Shown: piece after piece, positions 55,901-63,729 of the stretch
How positions within the stretch are numbered: the stretch's first letter is position 1
Layout of the letters: each line of letters starts with the position of its first letter
Source: Nitrosospira sp.
Lineage (GTDB): Bacteria; Pseudomonadota; Gammaproteobacteria; Burkholderiales; Nitrosomonadaceae
Assembly (NCBI GenBank): GCA_013697655.1
Contig: JACCWK010000042.1
Location: 8,051 to 72,050 of the forward strand
Length of the DNA stretch: 64,000 bases
Direction of reading: 5' to 3'
Position numbers and translations under genes: made by a program
Notes under the pieces: generated by a model
Told to the model about the DNA's origin: nothing
What the model saw: only the letters and a program-made list of their open reading frames with translations
The model's database searches: none

Positions 55901-56143
55901 AGCCGCAAGAGCCTGCTGGATCACCTTATCAGCGTGGTGAGCCAGCAACAGCCCTCGTATGTGGTTGCTGCGCTACGCAAGCTGAAGAGGGAAAAACGCG
56001 GTGGTGACGACCTGCTGGATGCGGTAGACCACATCGTGCGTCACTTCGAGCTGGATAAACGTCTTGCCGAAAGGCAGGAATATATCCTTGCGCACCCTGT
56101 GTCGAAAATCTTCTGTTCCGAGTCGCTTATCAAGGTCTCCTGA
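52928..56143 (+). CDS. PLD-nuclease domain plus SNF2-family helicase
   Basis: N-terminal PLD-like LHAKAYLF...GSSNLT, Walker A SDVVGLGKT, Walker B LIDESHN, LLTATP, ATDVFSEGLNLQ and WNPVRLIQRVGRIDRIG. Confidence 0.92.
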   Translation: MTDIIDNRQELLAEHVCKILQQTDSVKFAVGYFFVSGLQEIRQQLTHISAIRLLIGNQSNQDTIDALMQREMHPQRAQSVIGKLQNPREKKRIAEETGKGVREALSIPPLTDETEELLAEIKEWMASGKLEVRVYTKEKLHAKAYLFAYPEQTYEQGIGIVGSSNLTLSGLRNNTELNVLVHGNDNFKQLNTWFDRLWEEGEPFNTSLMEEIEQSWASAAYTPWDIYLKTLYKLVEDRLDYSDSHVLHWDDKFPPLTRFQKVAVDQGLKILRDHEGVFISDVVGLGKTFVGLGMLKNLYRSGLKHQIIICPNSLEENWKEVTREYGIFPDLIPISQISVENSPLNNAWTQSADIVLIDESHNFRNADSQRYEALENFLRGKKVILLTATPRNNSAWDIYHQLRLFQDDATSTLDIGAYDNLKKYFKKVAELEKKSQDQGLPQNLRDQAAKTAERMIEHLLLQVLIRRTRSHIRKHYADNLINGAPIEFPTRKLNRFDYSIDATYNGLYADILKRISDLHYARYSIGLYLQPELTERQPYARLARAGRSLRGLMRILLLKRFESSVEAFRLTVQGMIRMHNRFLAVLEEGYVVSDSRLLDKLETENGNLDIALLEEEDVRRYAIADFRASELEQDLREDLNVLGEILGMVKNIGAEQDDKLQTLLAAMHGETLSCEKVIIFTQYSDTARYLHDHLAKDISDLAVIDSKTKNRLQILRRFSPRSNRYTLKDSEKKIRVVVATDVFSEGLNLQDAACIINYDLHWNPVRLIQRVGRIDRIGSCHDIIHIYNFFPEVALDKGLGLKERLARRIQEIHNTIGEDEKILDEHEQLNSNDMYGIYSNGEQSVDEEDGGFDINEAEILIRDLKDNEPELFNRVRNLPDGIRAGLASDVTGIFAFFGVGKRYKRMYLMNEKGQLVASEPAEIVPLLRCDSATPGEALTQTHNQAVEVVRQLFAEHIEHIYQSLSHPVLEPEQHYTIDQLRKSRQDLFISDSRKSLLDHLISVVSQQQPSYVVAALRKLKREKRGGDDLLDAVDHIVRHFELDKRLAERQEYILAHPVSKIFCSESLIKVS

Positions 56144-56151
56144 AACAAGCG

Positions 56152-59100
56152 ATGTCCATCGAAACCAGAATAAAAAATCTCAACGGCCTGGAAGACCTGC
56201 AAAGCTTGCTGGTGGAGGCAATCGGCTTCGAACCGGAAAATCGCGCTGTTTTCTTCGATGACAAACCCGAGTTACAAGCCGCCTACCACCGCCCTGCCGT
56301 GGTTGCGGGCTTGCATGGTTTTTACATACTGGTGCTGCCAACAACCGGTGAAGGCATGCGCAAGACCCGCCAGCGGCAAGCCATTGAAGCGTTGCGTGGC
56401 CGCTACCTCTTCGCCCTGTTTGTTTTTGTCGATCTGAAACAACCTCAACGTGAATGGCATTGGGTGTTTCCAACGCCCGGCCCGGCCACGGGCAGACGCA
56501 CGCTAAGGCGCATGGAAATTGGCAGTAATTCGCGCCTGCATACCATTGCGGAGCGTATCGAACTGCTCAGGAGCAAGCTGCCGGAATGCACCAATCAGGC
56601 AGCCGTTGCCGCCCAGGTACAGGAAGCCTTCGACGTCGAAGCCATCAGTAAGGCGTTTTTCATCGAATACCGGAAACAATATCTTTTATTCAAAACACAG
56701 ATCGTTGCGGATAACCGGGGCAAGCCGTGGGTCGATGATGACAAGAAGATTTCCCGCTATGCCCAGTTGCTGCTGGGCAGGATCATGTTCCTGCACTTCA
56801 TTGAAAAGAAGGGATGGCTCGATGGCAACCGCGACTTCATCCGCGATCTCTTTGAACCATTCCGGCGGAGTGAGCGAAGGGTATTTCATCAGGAAGTACT
56901 GGAACCGCTTTTTTTCCGGGCGTTAGGCAGGGAAGGCGGGCGCAAGACGATTGCCGGTGCGGAATATGCCATTCCATTTCTAAACGGCGGCCTGTTCGAG
57001 GCGCGCGCGGAATTTGCCGAAGACGATCCCCTGTTTGGACCGGTGGTAGCGGATGAACTCTTCGCCGGCCTGTTCGATATGCTCGGGCGCTACAACTTCA
57101 CCGTGGATGAATCCACCCCGCTTGACCAGACGGTGGGCATAGACCCTGAAATGCTCGGCAAGGTATTCGAAAACCTGCTGGAAGCGGAAGCGCGCCACGC
57201 CAGTGGCACCTATTACACCCCGCGCAGCATAGTCGAATATATGTGCCGCGAGATTCTGTTCCATTATTTGCATAGTCACACCGATGTTGCACGGGTGGTT
57301 TTCGATACCCTGCTTGATTGCGCGCTGGATGGCCGCAAGGCGGACATCGAAACTGCTCTGGCGCAGCGGCTGGATGCCGTGCTTGACCGTGTTACGATAC
57401 TCGATCCGGCAGTCGGCTCCGGTGCATTCCTGCTTGGCATGATGCAGGAAATCCTGACGCTCAAGGAAAGCCTCGCCCGCGCGCGGGGAAACAGCGAAGA
57501 GCACATCCGGGCGGAGCGCGCCAAGCGCAAGGCCGTGATCATCCATGAAAGCCTTTACGCCGTGGATATCTCCTTCCCCGCCATCGAAATCGCGCGGCTG
57601 CGGCTGTGGTTGGCGCTGGTGGTGGATGAAACCGGACCCCATCCCTTGCCTAATCTGGATTACCACATCCTGCGCGGCGATACCTTGCAAACCCTGCTGG
57701 ATGGTAAGCCACTATTGCCACCGGGCGCTGGGGCAGGTGGCGTGGGGACGGGTGGCGCAAGCGGGCTTGCACCGGGTGGACAAATACCGTTTCCCATCGC
57801 GGGTACACAAAGAACCCTGGATGACCACCTGCCCAATCCGTATACCGAAACGCTGTTGCGCCATCTGGACGCGCTCTATTCCGCCAACGGAGAGGAAAAA
57901 GTACGGCTACGCCAGGAAATCCGCGCCGTGCTTACCGCCATGATCGAAACGTATTGGATAAAAAGCGAAAAAAACCTGCAAGGCCGCGCGAAGGATTTGC
58001 TCGAGGCCACGCTGGATGGGAACCCGCAAAAACTCTCCAGGCCCAAGCTCAAAGAATATCTGGCAACCGAGGCGATGCTGGGCCGTATCGAGGAGGATCG
58101 GCGCCACTTGCGCGAATCCCGCGAGCAAAACGAGGAACTCAAGCTCCCGTTCACGCCGTTGCATCTTTATTTCGCCGAAGTATTCAGCGGTGACAATCCC
58201 GGCTTCGACATCGTCATCGCCAATCCGCCTTATGTCCGGCACGAGAAAATCAAGGACATTAAGCCGCAACTGGAAACTGAGTTTCCCGATTTTTACTGCA
58301 GTACCGCCGACCTCTACACCTATTTCTACCGCCGCGGGCTGGAACTGCTGAAACGCGGCGGACATCTCTGTTTCATTGCCCCGAACAAATTCATGCGCGC
58401 CGGTTACGGCGAGAATACCCGCAAACTGTTGACAAGCGAGGCGATACCGCGGGTCATTATCGATTTCGGCGATACACCAATTTTTGACGCGACCACATAC
58501 CCCGCGATTTTATTGATAGAAAAAACGCGGCTAGCGGGCCCCATCACTGCCGCCGTTATCAAAAACGCCGCCGACGTCGAGCGTATCGGCGAAGCCGTCA
58601 GCGAGCGCGGTTTTTCCATGCTGCCGCAGGATTTGCGCGTGCAAGGCTGGACGCTGGAATCCCCGGCGGTGCTCGCGTTGATGACGAAGCTGCGCTCCGC
58701 TGGCCAACCGCTAGGCAAATACGTGCAAGGCCGATTTTATCGTGGCATTCTGACCGGCTTCAATAAGGCCTTTGTCATAGACGCTACCACGCGCGCGCAG
58801 TTGGTTGCGGAAGACGCCAACAGCGTCGATCTCATCAAGCCTTGGCTCAGAGGCCGCGACATTCGTAAATGGAAGGCAGAATGGGCGGGGTTGTACATCC
58901 TCGCTATTGGCAGCAGCGCCAATCGGCAATGGCCGTGGTCGGACGCCGATTCCAAGGCCGAAGCGGAACGTATCTTCGCGGCAGCTTATCCTGCTATCTA
59001 TGAGCATCTGCGCAGGGAGGGGGATGCCTTTGCCGAGTGGAAACATACGGACAAGAAAAAACAGCAAGGTCTCTACAGCCGGGATGACCAAGGAAAGTAT

Positions 59101-60369
59101 TGGTGGGAACTGCGCTCGTGTGCCTACTATGCTCAATTCGAACAACCGAAGATTGTTTACCCAGATATTGCCCAAACCCCGAAATTTACTTGGGATGCGA
59201 GCGGCGCATTGTTGGGAAACACTGCTTACATCATTCCGACTGACGAGGTTTGGTTGATAGGTTTGTTAAATTCCAAATTGATTTGGTGGTTCTATTTAAA
59301 TCTTAGCTCGATCATTCGTGGCGGCTTTGTCAGGTTTATCGCACAATATATGGAACAGCTCCCCGTTTTGTCGGCCACCCCTGCTGAGAAAACCCCCATC
59401 ATCAGGCGTGTTGAAACCATCCTCGCTGACCCATCAAGTCCCGACGTGCCACGCCTGGAAGCGGAAATCGACGAGCTGGTTTTCGACCTCTACAATCTGA
59501 CCAAAGCTGAAAGACAGCTTGTCCTTGCCGCTCGCATCGAGTCATGCGAAGATGAAGCCCCTGAAGAAAATGACAATGACACCGAAACAACTTCAACAGC
59601 TCGATCAGCACCTGAATCAATGGCGAACCAGCCATCCCGATGCCGAAAGCCTGCGGGCAGCATATCGCCAACGGGTGCTGAAATTCACCCTGAGTTCGAT
59701 GGCGCTGGAAAACGAACCGGTCAATCCCGAGCGGCTGACGAAGCTGCTCAATCAACCGGCCTGCTAGACGCTACCCGCGAACTGGCGACGGCTGGCGGGC
59801 CACTTGCATATAGCGAAGTAGCCGAGTGTCTGGCGGTAAGCATTGCGCGCTGCCTTGGCGCGCTGCTTGAAAACCTGCCCGAAGACATTCGCATTACCCC
59901 GGAGTGGATTTGCGACATGCACCACCGCGTCGCCAGTGAGTTATTTCCGCAATGGGCAGGCCGTTTCCGCATCACCGATGTCCAGGTAGGCACTCATCTG
60001 CCCCCACCCGGCCATGAGATTGCGGCTCACATCAAGAATTTCTGTTTGGATCTGGAAGAACGCATGCGCCACCTTCACGGCGCGGAATCCATCGCCGCGC
60101 TGCTGGCATGGGCAGACTGGCGCTTCCAGTGGATACACCCTTTCAAGGATTTTAACGGCAGAACGGGCCGAATTCTGCTCGTCGCCTTGGCCTATAAACT
60201 CGCGCTCCCACCGGTTGACCCGGCCGCTACCCGTGAGTCCGGCAAATTCGCGTACTTTGCCGCGCTACGTGCGGCCGACGCAGGCGATCTCACTACACTG
60301 AACGATCTGTGGCTTGATTTGTTGCAGGGTGAAGCAACCATGCAACAGAATAATGTTGCAGAGACCTAA
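56152..60369 (+). CDS. Eco57I-like (Type IIG-like) N6-adenine methyltransferase/TRD protein reading through into a C-terminal Fic domain
   Basis: FLNGGLF, IDPEMLGKVFENL, YYTPR, motif I LDPAVGSGAF (about 57400), motif IV NPPY (58222-58233), a TaqI-C-like TRD, the usual terminal helix EAEIDELVFDLYNLT, then the Fic motif HPFKDFNGRTGR at 60136-60171. Confidence 0.9.
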   Translation: MSIETRIKNLNGLEDLQSLLVEAIGFEPENRAVFFDDKPELQAAYHRPAVVAGLHGFYILVLPTTGEGMRKTRQRQAIEALRGRYLFALFVFVDLKQPQREWHWVFPTPGPATGRRTLRRMEIGSNSRLHTIAERIELLRSKLPECTNQAAVAAQVQEAFDVEAISKAFFIEYRKQYLLFKTQIVADNRGKPWVDDDKKISRYAQLLLGRIMFLHFIEKKGWLDGNRDFIRDLFEPFRRSERRVFHQEVLEPLFFRALGREGGRKTIAGAEYAIPFLNGGLFEARAEFAEDDPLFGPVVADELFAGLFDMLGRYNFTVDESTPLDQTVGIDPEMLGKVFENLLEAEARHASGTYYTPRSIVEYMCREILFHYLHSHTDVARVVFDTLLDCALDGRKADIETALAQRLDAVLDRVTILDPAVGSGAFLLGMMQEILTLKESLARARGNSEEHIRAERAKRKAVIIHESLYAVDISFPAIEIARLRLWLALVVDETGPHPLPNLDYHILRGDTLQTLLDGKPLLPPGAGAGGVGTGGASGLAPGGQIPFPIAGTQRTLDDHLPNPYTETLLRHLDALYSANGEEKVRLRQEIRAVLTAMIETYWIKSEKNLQGRAKDLLEATLDGNPQKLSRPKLKEYLATEAMLGRIEEDRRHLRESREQNEELKLPFTPLHLYFAEVFSGDNPGFDIVIANPPYVRHEKIKDIKPQLETEFPDFYCSTADLYTYFYRRGLELLKRGGHLCFIAPNKFMRAGYGENTRKLLTSEAIPRVIIDFGDTPIFDATTYPAILLIEKTRLAGPITAAVIKNAADVERIGEAVSERGFSMLPQDLRVQGWTLESPAVLALMTKLRSAGQPLGKYVQGRFYRGILTGFNKAFVIDATTRAQLVAEDANSVDLIKPWLRGRDIRKWKAEWAGLYILAIGSSANRQWPWSDADSKAEAERIFAAAYPAIYEHLRREGDAFAEWKHTDKKKQQGLYSRDDQGKYWWELRSCAYYAQFEQPKIVYPDIAQTPKFTWDASGALLGNTAYIIPTDEVWLIGLLNSKLIWWFYLNLSSIIRGGFVRFIAQYMEQLPVLSATPAEKTPIIRRVETILADPSSPDVPRLEAEIDELVFDLYNLTKAERQLVLAARIESCEDEAPEENDNDTETTSTARSAPESMANQPSRCRKPAGSISPTGAEIHPEFDGAGKRTGQSRAADEAAQSTGLLDATRELATAGGPLAYSEVAECLAVSIARCLGALLENLPEDIRITPEWICDMHHRVASELFPQWAGRFRITDVQVGTHLPPPGHEIAAHIKNFCLDLEERMRHLHGAESIAALLAWADWRFQWIHPFKDFNGRTGRILLVALAYKLALPPVDPAATRESGKFAYFAALRAADAGDLTTLNDLWLDLLQGEATMQQNNVAET
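59576..59767 (+). CDS. FicA/VbhA-like antitoxin nested in an alternate frame
   Basis: 63 aa MTPKQLQQLDQHLNQWRTSHPDAESLRAAYRQRVLKFTLSSMALENEPVNPERLTKLLNQPAC, with the Fic-inhibitory (S/T)xxxE(G/N) motif SMALEN at 59696-59713. It ends at the start of the Fic domain. Alternative ATGs lie at 59552 and 59570. Confidence 0.8.
   Translation: MTPKQLQQLDQHLNQWRTSHPDAESLRAAYRQRVLKFTLSSMALENEPVNPERLTKLLNQPAC
59761..60369 (+). CDS. Fic-domain toxin portion (202 aa), possibly also translated alone from a CTG
   Basis: Fic core ITPEWICDMHH...WAGRFR...HPFKDFNGRTGR...YFAALRAADAGD, in the same frame as the methyltransferase ORF. Confidence 0.75.
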   Translation: MLDATRELATAGGPLAYSEVAECLAVSIARCLGALLENLPEDIRITPEWICDMHHRVASELFPQWAGRFRITDVQVGTHLPPPGHEIAAHIKNFCLDLEERMRHLHGAESIAALLAWADWRFQWIHPFKDFNGRTGRILLVALAYKLALPPVDPAATRESGKFAYFAALRAADAGDLTTLNDLWLDLLQGEATMQQNNVAET

Positions 60370-60399
60370 ATTAGCCAGATACCATGGTGTAATAGCCCT

Positions 60400-61482
60400 A
60401 TGCCCAGCTCTCCCGATCAAATTATTCGCCCGGAAATTCTCGCGCTCTCTGCCTATCATGTGCCGCCCGCAAGCGGCATGGTGAAGCTGGATGCGATGGA
60501 GAATCCTTATTCCCTGCCACTGGAACTTCGAGAGGAAATCGCACAGCTTGCGGCCAGTGCACCGATTAATCGCTATCCCGATGCGAGCGCTGCTTCGCTC
60601 AAGGCCGCGCTGCGGGAAGCGCTGGCGATTCCTGACAGGATGGACATTATGCTGGGCAATGGTTCGGACGAGATCATCCAGATTATCGCCTTGGCCTTTG
60701 CCAGACCTGGAGCAATGTTGATGAGTGTCGAGCCTGCATTCGTCATGTTCCGTATGATTGCCACTTTCACCGGAATGGGTTATGCGGGTGTGCCGCTGAA
60801 AGCTGATTTTTCGCTGGATATGGACGCGATGCTTGCCGCCATCGCGCGACACCAGCCAGTGGTAATTTTCATTGCCTACCCCAATAACCCCACCGGTAAC
60901 CTATTTGATGCCGAGGCAGTCTCGCGTATTATTGAAGCCGCCCCCGGAGTTGTAGTCGTGGATGAAGCCTACCATGCCTTCGCCGATGCGAGCTTTATGG
61001 GCAAGCTGGCGCAATACCCCAATCTGCTGTTGATGCGGACGCTCTCCAAACTGGGGTTGGCGGGTTTAAGACTGGGACTACTGGTCGGAAGATCGGAATG
61101 GTTGATACAACTGGAAAAACTGCGTTTGCCGTATAATATAGGGATTGTGACTCAACTGATAGCGGAAAAGGTATTGCAGCATTGCGATATTCTGCTGCAA
61201 CAGGCCGAATCGATCAAGATTGAACGAGCGGTAATGAGTGAGCGCCTGACAGCAATGGATGGAGTTAAGGTTTTTCCGACAGATGCGAATTTTATTTTGT
61301 TCCGCGTGACTCAGCTGAATGAGGCCGGCGAGGTGTTTCAAGGGCTAAAAAACCGCGGCGTCTTGATAAAGAATCTCGATGGCTCACACCCGTTACTTAA
61401 AAATTGCCTGCGCGTAACAGTGGGAACCCCCGGTGAAAACGCGCAGTTTTTGGTAGCACTACAGGCCTTGCTTAAGACTTAA
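60400..61482 (+). CDS. hisC: Histidinol-phosphate aminotransferase
   Basis: [27 protein letters not shown] and the PLP-Lys motif [14 protein letters not shown]. Confidence 0.97.
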   Translation: MPSSPDQIIRPEILALSAYHVPPASGMVKLDAMENPYSLPLELREEIAQLAASAPINRYPDASAASLKAALREALAIPDRMDIMLGNGSDEIIQIIALAFARPGAMLMSVEPAFVMFRMIATFTGMGYAGVPLKADFSLDMDAMLAAIARHQPVVIFIAYPNNPTGNLFDAEAVSRIIEAAPGVVVVDEAYHAFADASFMGKLAQYPNLLLMRTLSKLGLAGLRLGLLVGRSEWLIQLEKLRLPYNIGIVTQLIAEKVLQHCDILLQQAESIKIERAVMSERLTAMDGVKVFPTDANFILFRVTQLNEAGEVFQGLKNRGVLIKNLDGSHPLLKNCLRVTVGTPGENAQFLVALQALLKT

Positions 61483-61509
61483 GAAATCTACCGATTAATC
61501 AATTCATCC

Positions 61510-62097
61510 ATGCGCCACGCCCAAGTCACCCGCAACACACTGGAAACCCAGATCAGCGTCAAAGTTGATCTGGACGGAACTGGCAAGGCGGTGCTGGATA
61601 CCGGCGTGCCATTTCTCGACCACATGCTGGATCAGGTAGCACGTCATGGCATGATAGACTTGGAAATTGCCGCCAAGGGGGACTTGCACATCGATGCCCA
61701 CCACACAGTGGAGGATATTGGCATCACCCTCGGCCAGGCATTTACACAAGCCATTGGAGACAAGAAAGGTTTGCGCCGTTACGGTCATGCTTATGTGCCG
61801 CTGGACGAGGCACTGTCACGAGTAGTGCTGGACCTTTCAGGACGTCCGGGCATGGAGTTTAACATCGAGTTTGCACGCGCCCGCATCGGTGAATTTGACG
61901 TTGATTTGATCAATGAATTTTTCCAGGGTTTCGTCAACCACGCCTTGCTGACATTACACATTGACAACCTTGCCGGACGCAACGCTCATCACCAGGCCGA
62001 GACCGTATTCAAGGCATTTGGTCGCGCACTGCGCATGGCGATGGAGCATGACTCTCGTGCGGCTGGAATAATTCCGTCCACCAAGGGCTCTTTGTAG
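61510..62097 (+). CDS. hisB: Imidazoleglycerol-phosphate dehydratase
   Basis: [22 protein letters not shown] and NAHHQAE. Confidence 0.98.
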   Translation: MRHAQVTRNTLETQISVKVDLDGTGKAVLDTGVPFLDHMLDQVARHGMIDLEIAAKGDLHIDAHHTVEDIGITLGQAFTQAIGDKKGLRRYGHAYVPLDEALSRVVLDLSGRPGMEFNIEFARARIGEFDVDLINEFFQGFVNHALLTLHIDNLAGRNAHHQAETVFKAFGRALRMAMEHDSRAAGIIPSTKGSL

Positions 62098-62124
62098 CAT
62101 TTCTCACCCCTCATTTTGCACAGC

Positions 62125-62778
62125 ATGACTGATATTGCAATCGTTGATTACGGCATGGGTAATTTACGCTCGGTGTCTAAGGCGCTGGAGCACGTTGCCC
62201 CCGCAGCCTCTATTGCAGTCACCGACGACCCCGAAGTGGTGCGAAAAGCGGGCCGCGTAGTGGTACCCGGACAGGGTGCGATGCCGGACTGCTTGCGTGA
62301 ACTCGATGCGCGCGGACTGCGCGATGCGGTGCTGGAGGCCGCCGATAGTAAACCGTTTCTCGGCATATGCATTGGCCTGCAGATGCTATTCGAGAGCAGT
62401 GAAGAAGGCGATGTTAAAGGTCTCGGTATCGTGGCAGGCAAGGTATTGCGTTTTCCATCCACCGCGATGATTAATGCAAATGGACAAAAGCTCAAAGTGC
62501 CACACATGGGCTGGAATGAAGTACATCGAACTGCCGAACATGCTCTGTGGAAAGATATCGCAAGCGATGCACGTTTTTATTTTGTGCACAGTTATTATGT
62601 CGAAACCACCAATCCGGAACCGGCGGCAGCCTATAGTCTTTACCCTTTTCCATTTACTTGCGCGGTAGCAAAGGATAATATTTTTGCCGTCCAGTTTCAC
62701 CCGGAGAAGAGCCATGAAGCGGGGCTGACGCTACTGCGTAACTTTGTGCAATGGGAACCCATGCTCAGAAATGGATAA
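62125..62778 (+). CDS. hisH: Imidazole glycerol phosphate synthase, glutaminase subunit
   Basis: DYGMGNLRSV, LGICIGLQML, KVPHMGWN, YFVHSY and QFHPEKS. The ORF starts at 62116; the likely start is 62125. Confidence 0.97.
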   Translation: MTDIAIVDYGMGNLRSVSKALEHVAPAASIAVTDDPEVVRKAGRVVVPGQGAMPDCLRELDARGLRDAVLEAADSKPFLGICIGLQMLFESSEEGDVKGLGIVAGKVLRFPSTAMINANGQKLKVPHMGWNEVHRTAEHALWKDIASDARFYFVHSYYVETTNPEPAAAYSLYPFPFTCAVAKDNIFAVQFHPEKSHEAGLTLLRNFVQWEPMLRNG

Positions 62779-62848
62779 TCAGGTTCGGATGTAAATTTTT
62801 GCCCTTCAAATTTCATAAACCCCAATCCTAATTTAATTCTGATTCAAA

Positions 62849-63619
62849 ATGCTTATCATTCCTGCTATAGATTTGAAAGACGGTCAATGCGTGCGTTTGA
62901 AACAAGGTGTCATGGAAAATGCCACGATATTCTCAGATAATCCTGGTGCCATGGCCAGACATTGGCTTGACCAGGGTGCACGGCGACTACATCTCGTGGA
63001 CCTCAACGGGGCGTTTGCCGGCAGGCCGAAAAATGAGCCGGCGATTCGCGACATTATCGAAGCCATAGGGGACGAAATTCCCACTCAACTCGGCGGCGGC
63101 ATACGCGATCTCGAAACTATCGAACGTTATCTCGACGACGGCGTCACCTACATAATTATAGGCACCGCGGCGGTGAAGACGCCCGGGTTCCTGCATGACG
63201 CCTGTAACGCTTTTCCAGGTCACATCATGGTAGGGCTGGACGCGAAGGAAGGCAAGGTAGCCGTCAATGGCTGGTCCAAGGTCACCGGTCACGACGTGGT
63301 GGATCTTGCAAAAAAATTTGAAGATTACGGTGTGGAGGCGATCATCTATACCGATATTGGACGTGATGGCATGCTAAGCGGTGTCAATATCGAGGCCACC
63401 GTGGAGCTGGCTAGAGCTCTTACCATTCCGGTGATTGCCAGCGGTGGCATTATCAACCTTGACGACGTCACAGCGCTCTGTGAAATCGAATTGGAAGGCA
63501 TCATGGGCGCCATCACAGGACGGGCTATTTACGAAGGCACCTTGGATTTCAAGTTGGCGCAAGCGCTTGCAGATGATCTCAGCATAAAAACGAGAGCCGG
63601 AGATACCACTTTTTTCTAA
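62849..63619 (+). CDS. hisA: ProFAR isomerase
   Basis: [39 protein letters not shown] and ASGG. Confidence 0.98.
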   Translation: MLIIPAIDLKDGQCVRLKQGVMENATIFSDNPGAMARHWLDQGARRLHLVDLNGAFAGRPKNEPAIRDIIEAIGDEIPTQLGGGIRDLETIERYLDDGVTYIIIGTAAVKTPGFLHDACNAFPGHIMVGLDAKEGKVAVNGWSKVTGHDVVDLAKKFEDYGVEAIIYTDIGRDGMLSGVNIEATVELARALTIPVIASGGIINLDDVTALCEIELEGIMGAITGRAIYEGTLDFKLAQALADDLSIKTRAGDTTFF

Positions 63620-63729
63620 CGTAGCTCAATAATTTAGTGGATGGTGCCTAAACGGAGAACTCTATTTTCCGATCTATCCCTCCTCTTTGACCCCTATTTA
63701 TTCCTTTACAATAAAAGGTCTCTTGTCTT

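Noticed and set aside
52928-60369. Calling the cassette DISARM or BREX
   Set aside because: No DrmA/DrmB (DUF1998) or PglZ/BrxC genes; only the helicase-PLD and the methyltransferase are present.
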